The position numbers and the translations under genes are program-made. Below are positions 1-9,868 of a DNA stretch of 64,000 bases, in pieces (within the stretch, counting starts at the first letter, position 1; every line of letters starts with the position of its first letter). The DNA is from Chlamydiota bacterium (GTDB lineage Bacteria > Chlamydiota > Chlamydiia > Chlamydiales > RGXB01). Below the pieces are notes generated by a model, which worked only from the letters and a program-made list of their open reading frames with translations, was not told where the DNA came from and ran no database searches. Where the stretch lies: contig CANLTW010000001.1 of assembly GCA_947494155.1 (NCBI GenBank), positions 13,524 through 77,523 on the forward strand, written 5' to 3'.

Positions 1-358
1 AGAAACACTCGATCTTTGGTCAATAAAGGATTTGCGCCTGAAAGAACTTAGCGGCGGCCAGCTCCAACGAGCCCAGATCGCTCATGCGTTGGCATGCTCC
101 CCCGATTTATTGATTTTGGATGAGCCCACTTCAAACATCGACCCAAAAGCGAAAAAACAGATCTTAGACATCCTCCACGAACTCAAAAAAAGTGTTACCA
201 TTTTGATGGTGACCCATGATTTAGAGACTCTTCTGCCTCAAACAGACAAGGTTTTTTTAGTAAGCAATGGAATCGAGGAGGTGGACAAAACCAGCCTTTG
301 TGTGCACACGGCGATGGGCCTCTACGAAAACCGGCTTATCCAACCCAGGAAGGAATAA
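1..358 (+). CDS. metal-type ABC transporter ATP-binding subunit; 5' end lies outside the window
   Basis: The frame is open from nt 2 to TAA at 356-358. It carries the ABC signature LSGGQ, Walker B LLILDEPT and H-loop VTHD. An ABC-3 permease follows directly. Confidence 0.85.
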   Translation, partial: ETLDLWSIKDLRLKELSGGQLQRAQIAHALACSPDLLILDEPTSNIDPKAKKQILDILHELKKSVTILMVTHDLETLLPQTDKVFLVSNGIEEVDKTSLCVHTAMGLYENRLIQPRKE

Positions 359-360
359 AA

Positions 361-1182
361 GTGTTAGATATTTTTTCAAACCCTTTTGTGGTTATGGCAG
401 CCATAGCCTCTCTTCTCTCCTCCATAGCCAGCGGAATCATGGGGACCTACGTAGTCATTAAAAGAATTGTATTTATCGCAGGGAGTATATCGCACGCTCT
501 TCTTGGTGGAATAGGGGTCTGCATCTATCTGTATTCTCTCTACCCCTCCCCTATTTTTTACCCCCTGAATGGCGCCCTCGTATCAAGTCTTTTAGCTGCC
601 GGCGTAATTGGATGGGTCTATTTAAAACATAAAGATCGGGAAGATACGGCGATCGCCGCAATTTGGACGATTGGGATGTCGGTGGGGATTATTTTCGCAT
701 CGATCACTCCGGGATATAATGTCGAGCTAATGAACTACCTTTTTGGAAATATCCTGTGGGCCTCGATGCGTGAAATTAAACTTTTAATTTGCCTTGATAT
801 CTTGTTGCTCCTAGCGGTTTTTCGTTATAGGTATCTATTTTTAGCTATCTCTTATAATGAGAAGCAGGCAAGACTCAATAAGGTTCCCGTCGACAGGCTT
901 TATCTTATTTTACTGGCACTTGTGGCGATTACTGTGGTGATTTTAATCCAGGCGGTCGGGGCTATTTTGCTCATCGCTTTTTTATGTCTGCCCGCGGCTG
1001 TTGCCGGAAAATGCACAAAAAGTATCCACCACATGATGGCGGCCGGGGTGGGTTTTTGTACCCTTTTTAGCCTCCTAGGAATCTTGTTATCAGCCACTTG
1101 GAATATCCCTTTGGGGGCAACAATAGCCCTGGTGTGTAGTAGTTTTTATTTTATTCTACTCCTTATAAAAAAAGAACCGTAA
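361..1182 (+). CDS. metal (Zn/Mn/Fe) ABC transporter permease, ABC-3 (ZnuB/TroC-like) family
   Basis: Polytopic membrane protein with the family-typical N-terminus NPFVVMAAIASLLSSIASGIMGTYVVIKRI. I chose the GTG at 361, 2 nt after the upstream stop and preceded by AGGAAGG. The track ORF start at 298 overlaps the ATPase gene. Confidence 0.8.
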   Translation: MLDIFSNPFVVMAAIASLLSSIASGIMGTYVVIKRIVFIAGSISHALLGGIGVCIYLYSLYPSPIFYPLNGALVSSLLAAGVIGWVYLKHKDREDTAIAAIWTIGMSVGIIFASITPGYNVELMNYLFGNILWASMREIKLLICLDILLLLAVFRYRYLFLAISYNEKQARLNKVPVDRLYLILLALVAITVVILIQAVGAILLIAFLCLPAAVAGKCTKSIHHMMAAGVGFCTLFSLLGILLSATWNIPLGATIALVCSSFYFILLLIKKEP

Positions 1183-1244
1183 GCCTCTCATTGACTTGAA
1201 GGGTGCTTTTGGTGTATTGTATTCCCATTACTATTGGAGAGTTT

Positions 1245-1559
1245 ATGTACGCAGTGATTAAAACGGGCGGTAAGCAGTACCGAGTCGCCCAAGGGGATGT
1301 CATAGATGTTGAGCTTTTAAAGGCCGACAAGAGTGGCAAAATCCACCTTCACGACGTGCTTCTCCTTAACGAATCCGGCTCAATCAAGGTAGGTAGCCCT
1401 ACAGTTGCTGGTGCTAGTGTTGAGGCTGAGCTCGTTGACTACGTAAAAGGGGAAAAAGTCGTCGCTTTTAAATATAAGCGCCGCAAAAATAACGCTAGAA
1501 AAGTGGGCCATCGTCAAAAATATGCCCGCATCAAAATCCTTCAGATCAAAAAAGGGTAA
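1245..1559 (+). CDS. rplU: 50S ribosomal protein L21
   Basis: MYAVIKTGGKQYRV N-terminus; GGAGA Shine-Dalgarno at 1236-1240; followed by rpmA and obg, the conserved operon order. Confidence 0.95.
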   Translation: MYAVIKTGGKQYRVAQGDVIDVELLKADKSGKIHLHDVLLLNESGSIKVGSPTVAGASVEAELVDYVKGEKVVAFKYKRRKNNARKVGHRQKYARIKILQIKKG

Positions 1560-1562
1560 ACC

Positions 1563-1808
1563 ATGGCACACAAGAAAGGCCAAGGCTCTTCCAAAAACGG
1601 ACGCGACTCGCATTCCAAGCGCCTTGGTATAAAAAAATATGGTGGGGAACAAGCCATTGCTGGCAATATCATCGTTCGCCAAAGAGGAACACGATACCAT
1701 CCCGGTAAAAACGTAGGGATTGGCACGGATCACACTCTTTTCGCGCTTGTTGATGGCAGAGTTCAGTACGAAACCAAAACAAAGACGTTCGTACACGTCG
1801 TTGCCTAA
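1563..1808 (+). CDS. rpmA: 50S ribosomal protein L27
   Basis: [28 protein letters not shown]...[13 protein letters not shown] is the canonical L27 sequence. Confidence 0.95.
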   Translation: MAHKKGQGSSKNGRDSHSKRLGIKKYGGEQAIAGNIIVRQRGTRYHPGKNVGIGTDHTLFALVDGRVQYETKTKTFVHVVA

Positions 1809-1819
1809 GAGACAATAAG

Positions 1820-2788
1820 ATGTTTATAGATAAGGTTCGCATCTGCGTAGAAGCGGGAAAAGGTGGTGACGGAGTGATCGCCTGGACCCGTGAAAAGTTT
1901 CGTCCAAAGGGCGGACCTTGTGGTGGTAACGGGGGCGTGGGGGGCTCCGTTATCATTCAAGCCACTTCCAATCAGTTCGATCTAGGTCGATACAGAAACC
2001 AACAAATTTTCAAAGCTCAATGCGGTGCTAATGGTGCGATCGCCTGCAGACAGGGGGAATCGGCCGACGACATCATTTTGCTCGTCCCTATGGGGACCAT
2101 CATCTATGACGCCGAAACCCAAGAAGTTTTAGCAGACCTTGGGGTGCATGGTGAACAATTTGTTGTTTGCAAAGGTGGAAGAGGCGGTCTAGGAAACAAC
2201 TTTTTCAAAAACTCCTACAATCCTGCCCCTATGAAATGCACGCCGGGAAAACCGGGCGAGTCAAAAGAGGTGGTGCTCGAGCTTAAGCTCATCGCAGATG
2301 TGGGGTTTGTCGGCTTTCCTAATGCAGGAAAATCGACTTTGTTGAACGCTCTTACCGCGGCTAAAGTAAAAGTGGCCGATTATCCATTCACTACTTTAGC
2401 GCCTAATTTAAGCTATATAGAGTGGGAGAACTTTACTCGTACATTTATCGCCGATATCCCCGGGATTATCGAAGGCGCTAGCAATGGACGAGGGCTAGGA
2501 TTCCAATTCTTAAAACACATCGACAGAACAAAAAGCCTTCTTTTTGTATTGGACGCTTCTCAGGAGGCCCCTAAAGCGCAATACGATATTCTACTCAAAG
2601 AGCTTGAAGCCTATAATCCAGAGCTTTTGACAAAGCCAAAAATTGTCGTTTTAAATAAGGTGGACCTTGTAGACGAGGAAACCATCAGCCTGCTCACTTC
2701 TTTATTTCCGACCGATGTGAAGACAGTGGTGATCTCTGCTTTGATGAAAGAAAATTTGGACTCTTTAAAGCAGCTTTTGTCAGCTTAA
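1820..2788 (+). CDS. obg: GTPase Obg/CgtA (short form, 322 aa)
   Basis: Glycine-rich Obg fold (GKGGDGVIAWTREKF, GGPCGGNGGVGGSV). GTPase motifs GFPNAGKST, DIPG and NKVD. Confidence 0.93.
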   Translation: MFIDKVRICVEAGKGGDGVIAWTREKFRPKGGPCGGNGGVGGSVIIQATSNQFDLGRYRNQQIFKAQCGANGAIACRQGESADDIILLVPMGTIIYDAETQEVLADLGVHGEQFVVCKGGRGGLGNNFFKNSYNPAPMKCTPGKPGESKEVVLELKLIADVGFVGFPNAGKSTLLNALTAAKVKVADYPFTTLAPNLSYIEWENFTRTFIADIPGIIEGASNGRGLGFQFLKHIDRTKSLLFVLDASQEAPKAQYDILLKELEAYNPELLTKPKIVVLNKVDLVDEETISLLTSLFPTDVKTVVISALMKENLDSLKQLLSA

Positions 2789-2903
2789 AAAAGTACACCA
2801 CAGCTCATAAGTTTAAATTTATTATTTCGTTGTTTGTCACTTATTTCTTTATTTAAAACACGATAAACTTATACTTATCCACCCGCACACTAGGAGGACC
2901 AAA

Positions 2904-4139
2904 ATGATTAGAGCATTCCAAAGTTTTTTTTCCCGTTCGGAAGATGCTGCAGAGATTTTTCCTGTCGAGCTCAAAATTCCTCAACACACCCCGCCAAATA
3001 CCCCAAGAGCTCCTTCAGACCCTGTGGAGGGCTCAATTGTACCTCCGTATGAGCCATTAGAGCACAATGAGGCCCTCATACGCCTTTTCAGGCCTATCTT
3101 TTCTGTTACAGGTGATGCAAAAGAAAAAGCAAACTCTGCTTTAAAAAAAACTTTTTTTAATGTGCAGAGCTATAAACACCTAACTGTAAAAACAAAAACC
3201 TTCTTATTGCATCCTGCCCAATTGGATGATTCCAGCTTAGATGCCTATGCAAGTCCTGCAATACAATTGGTTGGAAACGAGTTAAAGCGCAATAAAAAGG
3301 GGGATCCTAAATTCTATGTTTTATTAACTCCAAAAAATTCTGAAAACCCTTTTTCTCAATTCAAACCTGAAAATTTGCAGATTTTCGACCGAGCTTTTAG
3401 ACTAGGTCTCACCCCTAAAAAGTATCCCCTTATGGAAACCAGCTCTCAACCAGATTCAAAGGAGGGCTTAGGCGAAACTAAAAATGCTTTACTATTGCAG
3501 TTTGTCAATGGCGGAGATCTACTTAATTTTCTTTACGACCACGTGGAGCTCTCTTTTGAACAGAGGCTAGACCTTGTCCATCAAGCTCTCCACCTAACCA
3601 CCCAACTTCACGAAAACCAAGTAGCACACCTGGACTTAAAACCAGAAAATTTTCTCGTTCATGTAAGCGATAGGGAATACAGACTTAAACTTACAGATTT
3701 TGGATTTTCTAAAACCATCAAAGAGGGTGAGGATACTACTAAAGATAGATGCTACAGCCAAAATTATATGCCTCCGGAATTTGCCCAAAGCTTCTGGCTT
3801 GGAAAGAAATGGCGAATCGATACAAAATTTTTGCCTCTTGATCAAAAACCGCTATCGATTACCAAACTTGACCAATGGTGCTTAGGTGCCACTCTTTTTT
3901 TTATTTTATTTGGCCTTTCGTACGAAAAAGCCCTTGCAGAAAACTATCGGTCACACCCCATGTTTTCATCTTTAGAATCTTTTATCGCCTATAAACAAAG
4001 TCTTTCTGATCGGATGATTAGCGGTTTCTGCGGCAGCTATGCGCCAAAGGTAGCCCGTTTATTAACAGGCTTGCTTCAATATGATCCAGAAAAAAGGATT
4101 GAGTTAAAGCAAGCCCTTACTATTCTTTTAGAGGACTAA
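2904..4139 (+). CDS. eukaryotic-like Ser/Thr protein kinase (non-RD type) with a Pro-rich, unassigned N-terminal region
   Basis: Catalytic loop HLDLKPENFLV, DFG motif LTDFGFS, APE-like YMPPEF and subdomain IX DQWCLGATLF. Strong SD AGGAGG lies upstream of the ATG at 2904. Confidence 0.8.
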   Translation: MIRAFQSFFSRSEDAAEIFPVELKIPQHTPPNTPRAPSDPVEGSIVPPYEPLEHNEALIRLFRPIFSVTGDAKEKANSALKKTFFNVQSYKHLTVKTKTFLLHPAQLDDSSLDAYASPAIQLVGNELKRNKKGDPKFYVLLTPKNSENPFSQFKPENLQIFDRAFRLGLTPKKYPLMETSSQPDSKEGLGETKNALLLQFVNGGDLLNFLYDHVELSFEQRLDLVHQALHLTTQLHENQVAHLDLKPENFLVHVSDREYRLKLTDFGFSKTIKEGEDTTKDRCYSQNYMPPEFAQSFWLGKKWRIDTKFLPLDQKPLSITKLDQWCLGATLFFILFGLSYEKALAENYRSHPMFSSLESFIAYKQSLSDRMISGFCGSYAPKVARLLTGLLQYDPEKRIELKQALTILLED

Positions 4140-4337
4140 GGCTCTTAAACCAGCACTGCTCTAGTGCCCCCTTTTTTTTTAGATTTTTTCGTCTCGCCTC
4201 TCTTTTGACTGCTAGTTTTTTTTGATTTATTTTCTTTTTTCATGCTCCCTCCTTTTCATCTCTTAACAGCTAAATAAACTTTTTTGGATAATCTTTTACA
4301 CAACATTATCAGGATATGTCCCCTGGCAGGACGATAG

Positions 4338-4955
4338 TTATAATACCCCTAGAGATGCGAGTCCACGAAAGAAAATTTCGACAGATAATGACGCCAAAAT
4401 CAAACCTCCTACTCTAGTAACAATATTTATACCGGTGCTACCTAGTTTCGTCTCGATAGGAGCAGCAAAATAGAGAATAATTGCTGCTATAACACCCACA
4501 CCTATGCCACATAAAGAAAGGATCAAAAGATCGAATACAGAGGAATAAGCTCGCGAAGCAATAATTGCAGCACTGAATGCCCCAGGACCCGCCATAAGTG
4601 GAATAGCAAGCGGCACAACAGATATATTGGGAGGTTTATAGTGGGACTCATTGAGATTTTGCCGCATTGGGCTTACTTCAGCATTCAACATAGAAAGTGC
4701 AATCAAAAATACAATAATTCCCCCAGCACACTGAAAAGCAGCAATACGGATTCCTAAAAAATCTAATATTGGGCCACCTATCAAAGTTACCAAAACTAAA
4801 ATTACAGCAAGTGATATACCAGACCAAATTCCAATCGAATGTCTTTGCTCCTTAGTTCTGCCCTGAGTTAGGTTCAATAAAACAGGAATGGCAATCAAGG
4901 GATTACACAAAACGAGCATAGTCACGAAATAATTTATGAAGTACGTAAGTTCCAT
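4338..4955 (-). CDS. MarC-family (UPF0056) integral membrane protein
   Basis: 205 aa with about six TM segments. Family-typical N-terminal NPLIAIPVLLNLT motif and central FQCAGGIIVF segment. Confidence 0.8.
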   Translation of the reverse strand: MELTYFINYFVTMLVLCNPLIAIPVLLNLTQGRTKEQRHSIGIWSGISLAVILVLVTLIGGPILDFLGIRIAAFQCAGGIIVFLIALSMLNAEVSPMRQNLNESHYKPPNISVVPLAIPLMAGPGAFSAAIIASRAYSSVFDLLILSLCGIGVGVIAAIILYFAAPIETKLGSTGINIVTRVGGLILASLSVEIFFRGLASLGVL

Positions 4956-5070
4956 AACCCTCCTTCAATCCCCTTCCACATATCCAAGTTTCTAATTGGA
5001 AACAAGGGGATAACCGTCCTCCTCAAAAAATATTTAGTAAAATAATGGGGGCGTTACTCTTTTATTGATG

Positions 5071-5135
5071 GTGTGACCTCTAAATAAAAAAAGGCACACT
5101 TAGTTGATTAAGTGCGCCTCTAAAGATGTGGCTTG
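5071..5135. repeat. 65-bp direct repeat, copy 1; identical to 6775-6839
   Basis: Character-by-character comparison shows gtgtgacctctaaataaaaaaaggcacacttagttgattaagtgcgcctctaaagatgtggcttg at both positions with no mismatch. Confidence 0.95.
5082..5118 (-). terminator. rho-independent terminator (duplicate of the tRNA-Phe terminator) downstream of the 5161-6165 CDS
   Basis: Minus strand reads GGCGCACTTA-ATCAAC-TAAGTGTGCC, a 10-bp stem with one mismatch, followed by TTTTTTTATTT. Confidence 0.6.
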
Positions 5136-5160
5136 ATTTGGATTTAAAAACGGATCTTTT

Positions 5161-6165
5161 TTAGGTACTTTTTATAACAGTCTTTTTTAAATTAAGATTT
5201 ACCAAACCCCAGTTCTCATCATTTATCGGTGCTGGGTTAGGACAACCTAGTGATGGGTGTTTCCCTTGACTTTGGCTTAAGAAGTGTGGATCACTAGAAG
5301 TATTAATTCCACCACCACCCCAACGTGAGTGATCAAAATGATAGACTGTGAAACCATCTAATCTTTTAATCTGGGATTTTGGGTTTGTCCTAAAAAAAGC
5401 ATCAATAAAAGGTTGTTCAAAATGATGAATCCCATAGGGAAACTCTGGAAACCCTTTTGCCTTCAAAACTTTTTCTCTTTTAAAAAGCATAAAATCTCCA
5501 TATCCAGTTCGATGTCCACCTTGAATCCTTGCGCAATTTCCATCCAGTCTTTTTAAACAATTTTCCAATTCTTTACTACTCGTTAAGTCTATCAAACATT
5601 GGTAATATGTAACATTATTTATATCTGTTCTTACAGGTTCTCCAATTATGATATCATCCATCTCAGTACAAACAATTTCCTCAATATGATCTAAGGTCTT
5701 TCTGCAATAAAAATTATCTGGATTGGTTTGAATAATGTACTTCCCCTTTGCATGTCTAAACCCTACATTCTTGGCTGCATACTCATGAAACGTGTACCTT
5801 GTATCACCTTGGTTATAGTAACTACAGAATTTGTCATGATTTTCTTTTGAAACCTCAATAACAACTATAGGATTTTTGTAATTCAATCTTTCGTTCCAAA
5901 TTTTTATAATATCAGATAATTTTAACTGATTCTGAATAGGATTCCATTCAACCAAAATTATTTCCACAGGAATGGTCAATCTATCCACTGATCTCAAAAA
6001 ATACTCTAATCTGTTTAGAAAATTTCCTCCATAATCATCGTTTCTACCTGAACAAATAATTGATAGTTTGTAAAAATCTTTATCGCAGTTTTCCGTATAA
6101 GAATTAGCTCCAACCAAGCTACTTAAATTACCTAAAGCAATGCATATGTATAAAATAAAACGCAT
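5161..6165 (-). CDS. hypothetical signal-anchored or secreted protein; possible GT-A-fold glycosyltransferase
   Basis: 334-aa ORF in a markedly AT-rich segment with hydrophobic N-terminus MRFILYICIALGNLSSLVG. GT2-like pattern LSIICSGRNDDYGG ... AAKNVGFRHAKGKYIIQTNPD. The function is a motif-level guess only. Confidence 0.5.
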   Translation of the reverse strand: MRFILYICIALGNLSSLVGANSYTENCDKDFYKLSIICSGRNDDYGGNFLNRLEYFLRSVDRLTIPVEIILVEWNPIQNQLKLSDIIKIWNERLNYKNPIVVIEVSKENHDKFCSYYNQGDTRYTFHEYAAKNVGFRHAKGKYIIQTNPDNFYCRKTLDHIEEIVCTEMDDIIIGEPVRTDINNVTYYQCLIDLTSSKELENCLKRLDGNCARIQGGHRTGYGDFMLFKREKVLKAKGFPEFPYGIHHFEQPFIDAFFRTNPKSQIKRLDGFTVYHFDHSRWGGGGINTSSDPHFLSQSQGKHPSLGCPNPAPINDENWGLVNLNLKKTVIKST

Positions 6166-6774
6166 TTTTTACCCGTTTTTTTTTAAAGAATTTTCATAAC
6201 ATAAAATCGAAATACAACAAACTAAATATGTTGTTTTTCTACTTTTTGGGAATTCAAAATCGTCACAAAAATGAAAATATCTATTTACTGGATCGACAAA
6301 TAAAAGTTTTTTAGCACACTACATGAGAAAGGATAAAAATAAATGCATGAGTAACCGGAATACATTTTGTAAAATCTATGATTTTCCCATACTTGCCAAA
6401 AAATAATGACTAAGATGTTAAACGAAATCACTTTTAAAAATCTTGTTAAACAGAAACAGTTTTTACTTTTAAAGATAATATTTTTGAGAGACACAATCGC
6501 TTAACTTGCATTTTTAAACTGTATAGGCAAGCTTGCGTAGAGTTTTAATTTTTCTAGCCTAAGTTCAGATCTTCCTTACTTTCAATTTGGGTCTGACTTA
6601 AATAAAAATCAATTTGGGTTTAGGGAAGGTTATTTAAAATTCTCTCTATGGTTATAAGGGTATAGAAGCTTTAAAAATGCACGTCGCATCAAGCTATTAT
6701 TGATATCGTAGTAATACAAAAAAATACAATCTGGCAGTTTTCTGAAAATATATCAACAGCAAAAAAAATTGACT

Positions 6775-6832
6775 GTGTGACCTCTAAATAAAAAAAGGCA
6801 CACTTAGTTGATTAAGTGCGCCTCTAAAGATG

Positions 6833-6839
<7 letters not shown>
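6775..6839. repeat. 65-bp direct repeat, copy 2; covers the last 7 nt of tRNA-Phe plus its 58-nt downstream region
   Basis: Identical to 5071-5135. Positions 6833-6839 are the 3' acceptor end of tRNA-Phe. Confidence 0.95.
6786..6822 (-). terminator. rho-independent terminator of tRNA-Phe
   Basis: Hairpin at 6797-6822 followed, on the minus strand, by a T-rich run (6786-6796), immediately 3' of the tRNA. Confidence 0.7.
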
Positions 6840-6905
<66 letters not shown>

Positions 6906-6999
6906 ATCCAAATGAATGATGTTCAATACAATAGCATCAAGCGGGAATTTACCGCAACAAGAAGTATCTAGGGCAAATAGGGCTTAGACCTTGAGGAAA

Positions 7000-8853
7000 C
7001 TATTCCCCTTTTTTTATTGAGCCGCCGTTGAGATACATGACTAGATCCCGGGCAATCTCCTGAGCCTCATAAAGGGCCGGATCCGCCACATCTGCGCGAA
7101 GCCCTCTTGTTTCGCTCAAAGAGCGTAGCTGATCAATCCACACACGTGAAACAGAGCCACTGGCTTGCCTTTGGTAGAAAGAGAATATCTGCCCCAACTC
7201 ATCTCTGCTCTGTAAAGAAAGTTGTTTAAAGTTTTGCCTAAGGGTATCGTAACCTAAAGGATACTTCAAGTATTGCTCCCCTATAGGGATCTGCGAAAGA
7301 TCGGTTGGAACCAATATATCCGAGGCGACCCCTTTGAGCTGAACAGAGGCCCCCGATATTGTGTAGTATTTTGCGATCGTGACAGCATAACAAAAGGGCT
7401 CGTCCGAAGTGATAGTTTGGTACTGCATCGATCCCTTCCCGTATGAATTAGTGTCACCAACAATAATCGCCACACCATACTCTTTGAGGGTTTGTGCCAC
7501 AATTTCTGAAGCGGACGCCGAAAGACGAGAAATCAGAATTATCAGTGGACCGTTATATAAAGGTTTTGTGATTTTCTCTTTGACGACACTAATCTGACCA
7601 TTACCATACCTTGCCAAAACAATCGGCCCGCCTCCCGTAAATATAGAGCAAACTTTTGCCGCCTGAGTCAAAAATCCACCCGTATTTCGTCTTAAGTCTA
7701 GTACAACAGCCTTCAGCTCCTCCTTACTTTGGATCGAAGCTATCGCCGACTCGAGTTGCTGAGCTGCAGAATTCCCCTGATCATTGTCAAAAAAACCGTC
7801 AAGGCGGATAGCGGCTATAGTACCCGTCCCAAAAGGGAAAAGGGTGGTGCGGGCCTGAGATTCGGGAGACAAAATCGGGGCGCGAGTTAAGCTCACCTCA
7901 AATATTTGCTCACCTCTTTGGATCTCGAGTCGCACTTTTGTAAAGTTGCGACCGCTAAGTAGCTCAATGGCCTCCCTGAAATAAAGATTTGTTATGTCTT
8001 GGCCGTCAATCTTGAGAATAATATCCTTGGCACGCACACCTGCATTGGCAGCCGGAGAGTTTTCCACAACACGCTGAATAATCAGCCCATCCATAGAATC
8101 ACGTAGAACTACCCCGATACCACTATAATCCTTAGAAAGGGCTTGCTTCATCTCCCGCTTCTCATCAGGGCTAAAAAACCGGGTATGGGCATCCATCGAT
8201 GCAGCTATCGCTTTAAGGACGTGAATGGAAAAATAGTGCTCCTCCATAGAGGGGCCACGCTGCATATACTCCAGCTCTTTTTCTCTTTGTTTTTTTTGAA
8301 AGTAGGTGTAAATTTTTTTCTTAACATTTTCATAGTCATACCTCCCGTTAAGGGTTTCCCGCGTCGCAAAAAGGGCCGCCTCTGCCTTAATCTTAGTCTT
8401 AAGTTGAGCGAAATTCGCCGGGTAGGGCTCAAACCCGTAAGCTGCGATTTTTTGCACCTCTTTAAACGGTTTCTCCAAAAGATCACGGATCATTTCGTTT
8501 TCAAAGGCAATCCTTCTCTCAATCGCCTGCTCGAAATATTTTTGTATCTCTATAAAGGCTTCAAAAGAACGGTTTGTAAAAGATTTTTTTGTAAAATCGA
8601 TCCACTTCCCAGAGGGGCTTAACATAGGCTTGACTTCACTCCATAAGAAATAGGAGTGATCCACATCAAAACTCTCCACAAAAAGATCTAAAGACCTTTT
8701 AGCCATTTCCGCATCAAAATCATTGCGATCATAATGATAGGAAAATAATTCCTTAACACCCTCAGGTATGTCGTTGATAGTGAACAGCGATAAGAAAAAA
8801 ATACTTTTTATGAAGACCATATTTTCCTGATACGCGTTAAAGCTTTTTTTCAC
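7000..8853 (-). CDS. carboxy-terminal processing (tail-specific) protease, peptidase S41 with PDZ domain
   Basis: PDZ segment [41 protein letters not shown]41 core [22 protein letters not shown] and GKGSMQ. GTG at 8853; an alternative ATG at 8820 gives a signal-peptide-like N-terminus. Confidence 0.9.
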   Translation of the reverse strand: MKKSFNAYQENMVFIKSIFFLSLFTINDIPEGVKELFSYHYDRNDFDAEMAKRSLDLFVESFDVDHSYFLWSEVKPMLSPSGKWIDFTKKSFTNRSFEAFIEIQKYFEQAIERRIAFENEMIRDLLEKPFKEVQKIAAYGFEPYPANFAQLKTKIKAEAALFATRETLNGRYDYENVKKKIYTYFQKKQREKELEYMQRGPSMEEHYFSIHVLKAIAASMDAHTRFFSPDEKREMKQALSKDYSGIGVVLRDSMDGLIIQRVVENSPAANAGVRAKDIILKIDGQDITNLYFREAIELLSGRNFTKVRLEIQRGEQIFEVSLTRAPILSPESQARTTLFPFGTGTIAAIRLDGFFDNDQGNSAAQQLESAIASIQSKEELKAVVLDLRRNTGGFLTQAAKVCSIFTGGGPIVLARYGNGQISVVKEKITKPLYNGPLIILISRLSASASEIVAQTLKEYGVAIIVGDTNSYGKGSMQYQTITSDEPFCYAVTIAKYYTISGASVQLKGVASDILVPTDLSQIPIGEQYLKYPLGYDTLRQNFKQLSLQSRDELGQIFSFYQRQASGSVSRVWIDQLRSLSETRGLRADVADPALYEAQEIARDLVMYLNGGSIKKGE

Positions 8854-8929
8854 ACGAATTTTCTATTTGGCATTTATTCATTTGGACGGTATAGTGTTCT
8901 CAATTCGACATAAAAGGAGTCTGGCAACT

Positions 8930-9301
8930 ATGCCAACTATCAACCAGTTGATTCGCAAGCCACGAGTGCCCAAAGAAAAACGATCTAAAAGTCCAGCCCT
9001 CGAAGCTTGTCCACAAAAGCGTGGAGTTTGCACAAAAGTCTATACACAGACGCCAAAAAAGCCAAACTCCGCTTTGAGAAAAGTCGCAAAAGTTCGACTT
9101 TCAACTAAAAAAGAGGTTATCTCTTACATCCCAGGTGAAGGCCACAACCTCCAAGAGCACAGTATCGTTCTCGTGCGCGGTGGTAGGGTTAAAGACCTTC
9201 CCGGTGTTCGCTACCACATCGTTCGCGGTAACTTGGACACTCAAGGGGTAAAAAACAGAAAGAAATCGCGATCTAAGTATGGATCGAAGAGCGGTAAATA
9301 G
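8930..9301 (+). CDS. rpsL: 30S ribosomal protein S12
   Basis: [13 protein letters not shown]-terminus and [24 protein letters not shown] at 8914-8919. Confidence 0.97.
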   Translation: MPTINQLIRKPRVPKEKRSKSPALEACPQKRGVCTKVYTQTPKKPNSALRKVAKVRLSTKKEVISYIPGEGHNLQEHSIVLVRGGRVKDLPGVRYHIVRGNLDTQGVKNRKKSRSKYGSKSGK

Positions 9302-9322
9302 TCAGGATCACTAGAGGAATTC

Positions 9323-9796
9323 ATGTCAAGAAGACACCAAGCTGCAAAGCGTGAGATCAAAGCTGACGAAAAATATGGATCAGAAGTTATTGCTAAGCTC
9401 ATCAATCTTGTCATGGAGCGTGGCAAAAAAACTGTTGCAAAAACCATAGTTTACGATGCATTGGAACTCTTTGCGAACAAAATCGGAAGCGCCGACACTA
9501 AAGAGAGCTTCGATAAAGCTATTGAAAATACATCCCCACTTCTCGAGGTTAAATCTCGACGTGTAGGCGGTGCCAACTATCAAGTGCCTATCGAGACTAC
9601 ACCAGCTCGTCGCTTATCCCTTGCACTTCGCTGGATTATAACCCATTCCAGAAAGAAGTCTGGTCAACCCATGCACATTAAACTTGCAAACGAGTTGACT
9701 GACTGCCATAACCACACCGGTGCAAGCGTTAAGAAAAAAGAAGATACCCACAGAATGGCCGAAGCGAACAAAGCTTTTGCCCACTTCCGTTGGTAA
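9323..9796 (+). CDS. rpsG: 30S ribosomal protein S7
   Basis: 157 aa with VKSRRVGGANYQVPIE and C-terminal ANKAFAHFRW. Lies between rpsL and fusA. Confidence 0.97.
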   Translation: MSRRHQAAKREIKADEKYGSEVIAKLINLVMERGKKTVAKTIVYDALELFANKIGSADTKESFDKAIENTSPLLEVKSRRVGGANYQVPIETTPARRLSLALRWIITHSRKKSGQPMHIKLANELTDCHNHTGASVKKKEDTHRMAEANKAFAHFRW

Positions 9797-9868
9797 GCCA
9801 GATAAAACACCCACTACTTCCCTAGTGGGTTCTTCATTTTAGCAAAAGATTTAAGGATTAAATACAGC

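Noticed and set aside
298-1182. Track ORF starts upstream of my calls: 298 for the permease, 42891 for PBP2, 23749 for sctJ, 53016 for the PP2C-like gene and 1203 for rplU.
   Set aside because: The upstream extensions overlap the preceding genes or lack an SD. Internal starts with an SD or conserved N-termini fit better.
4145-4243. 32-codon minus-strand ORF (MKKENKSKKTSSQKRGETKKSKKKGGTRAVLV) preceded by GGAGGG.
   Set aside because: Its lysine richness simply reflects the A/T homopolymer tracts of the intergenic terminator region downstream of the convergent kinase and MarC genes. The SD-ATG spacing is only 3-4 nt and conservation cannot be assessed. Worth a ribosome-profiling look, but not supportable as a gene.
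6285-6494. 69-aa ORF inside the AT-rich islet.
   Set aside because: No SD and no motif. Chance ORFs of this length are expected in DNA with about 30% G+C.
6166-6774. Searched the 609-bp non-coding part of the islet for integrase or transposase remnants or an ncRNA.
   Set aside because: Reading the frames by eye, I could not recognise any recombinase-like peptide or stable extended structure. The only feature is a short duplicated tcaatttgggt (about 6583 and about 6610), which is too short to interpret.
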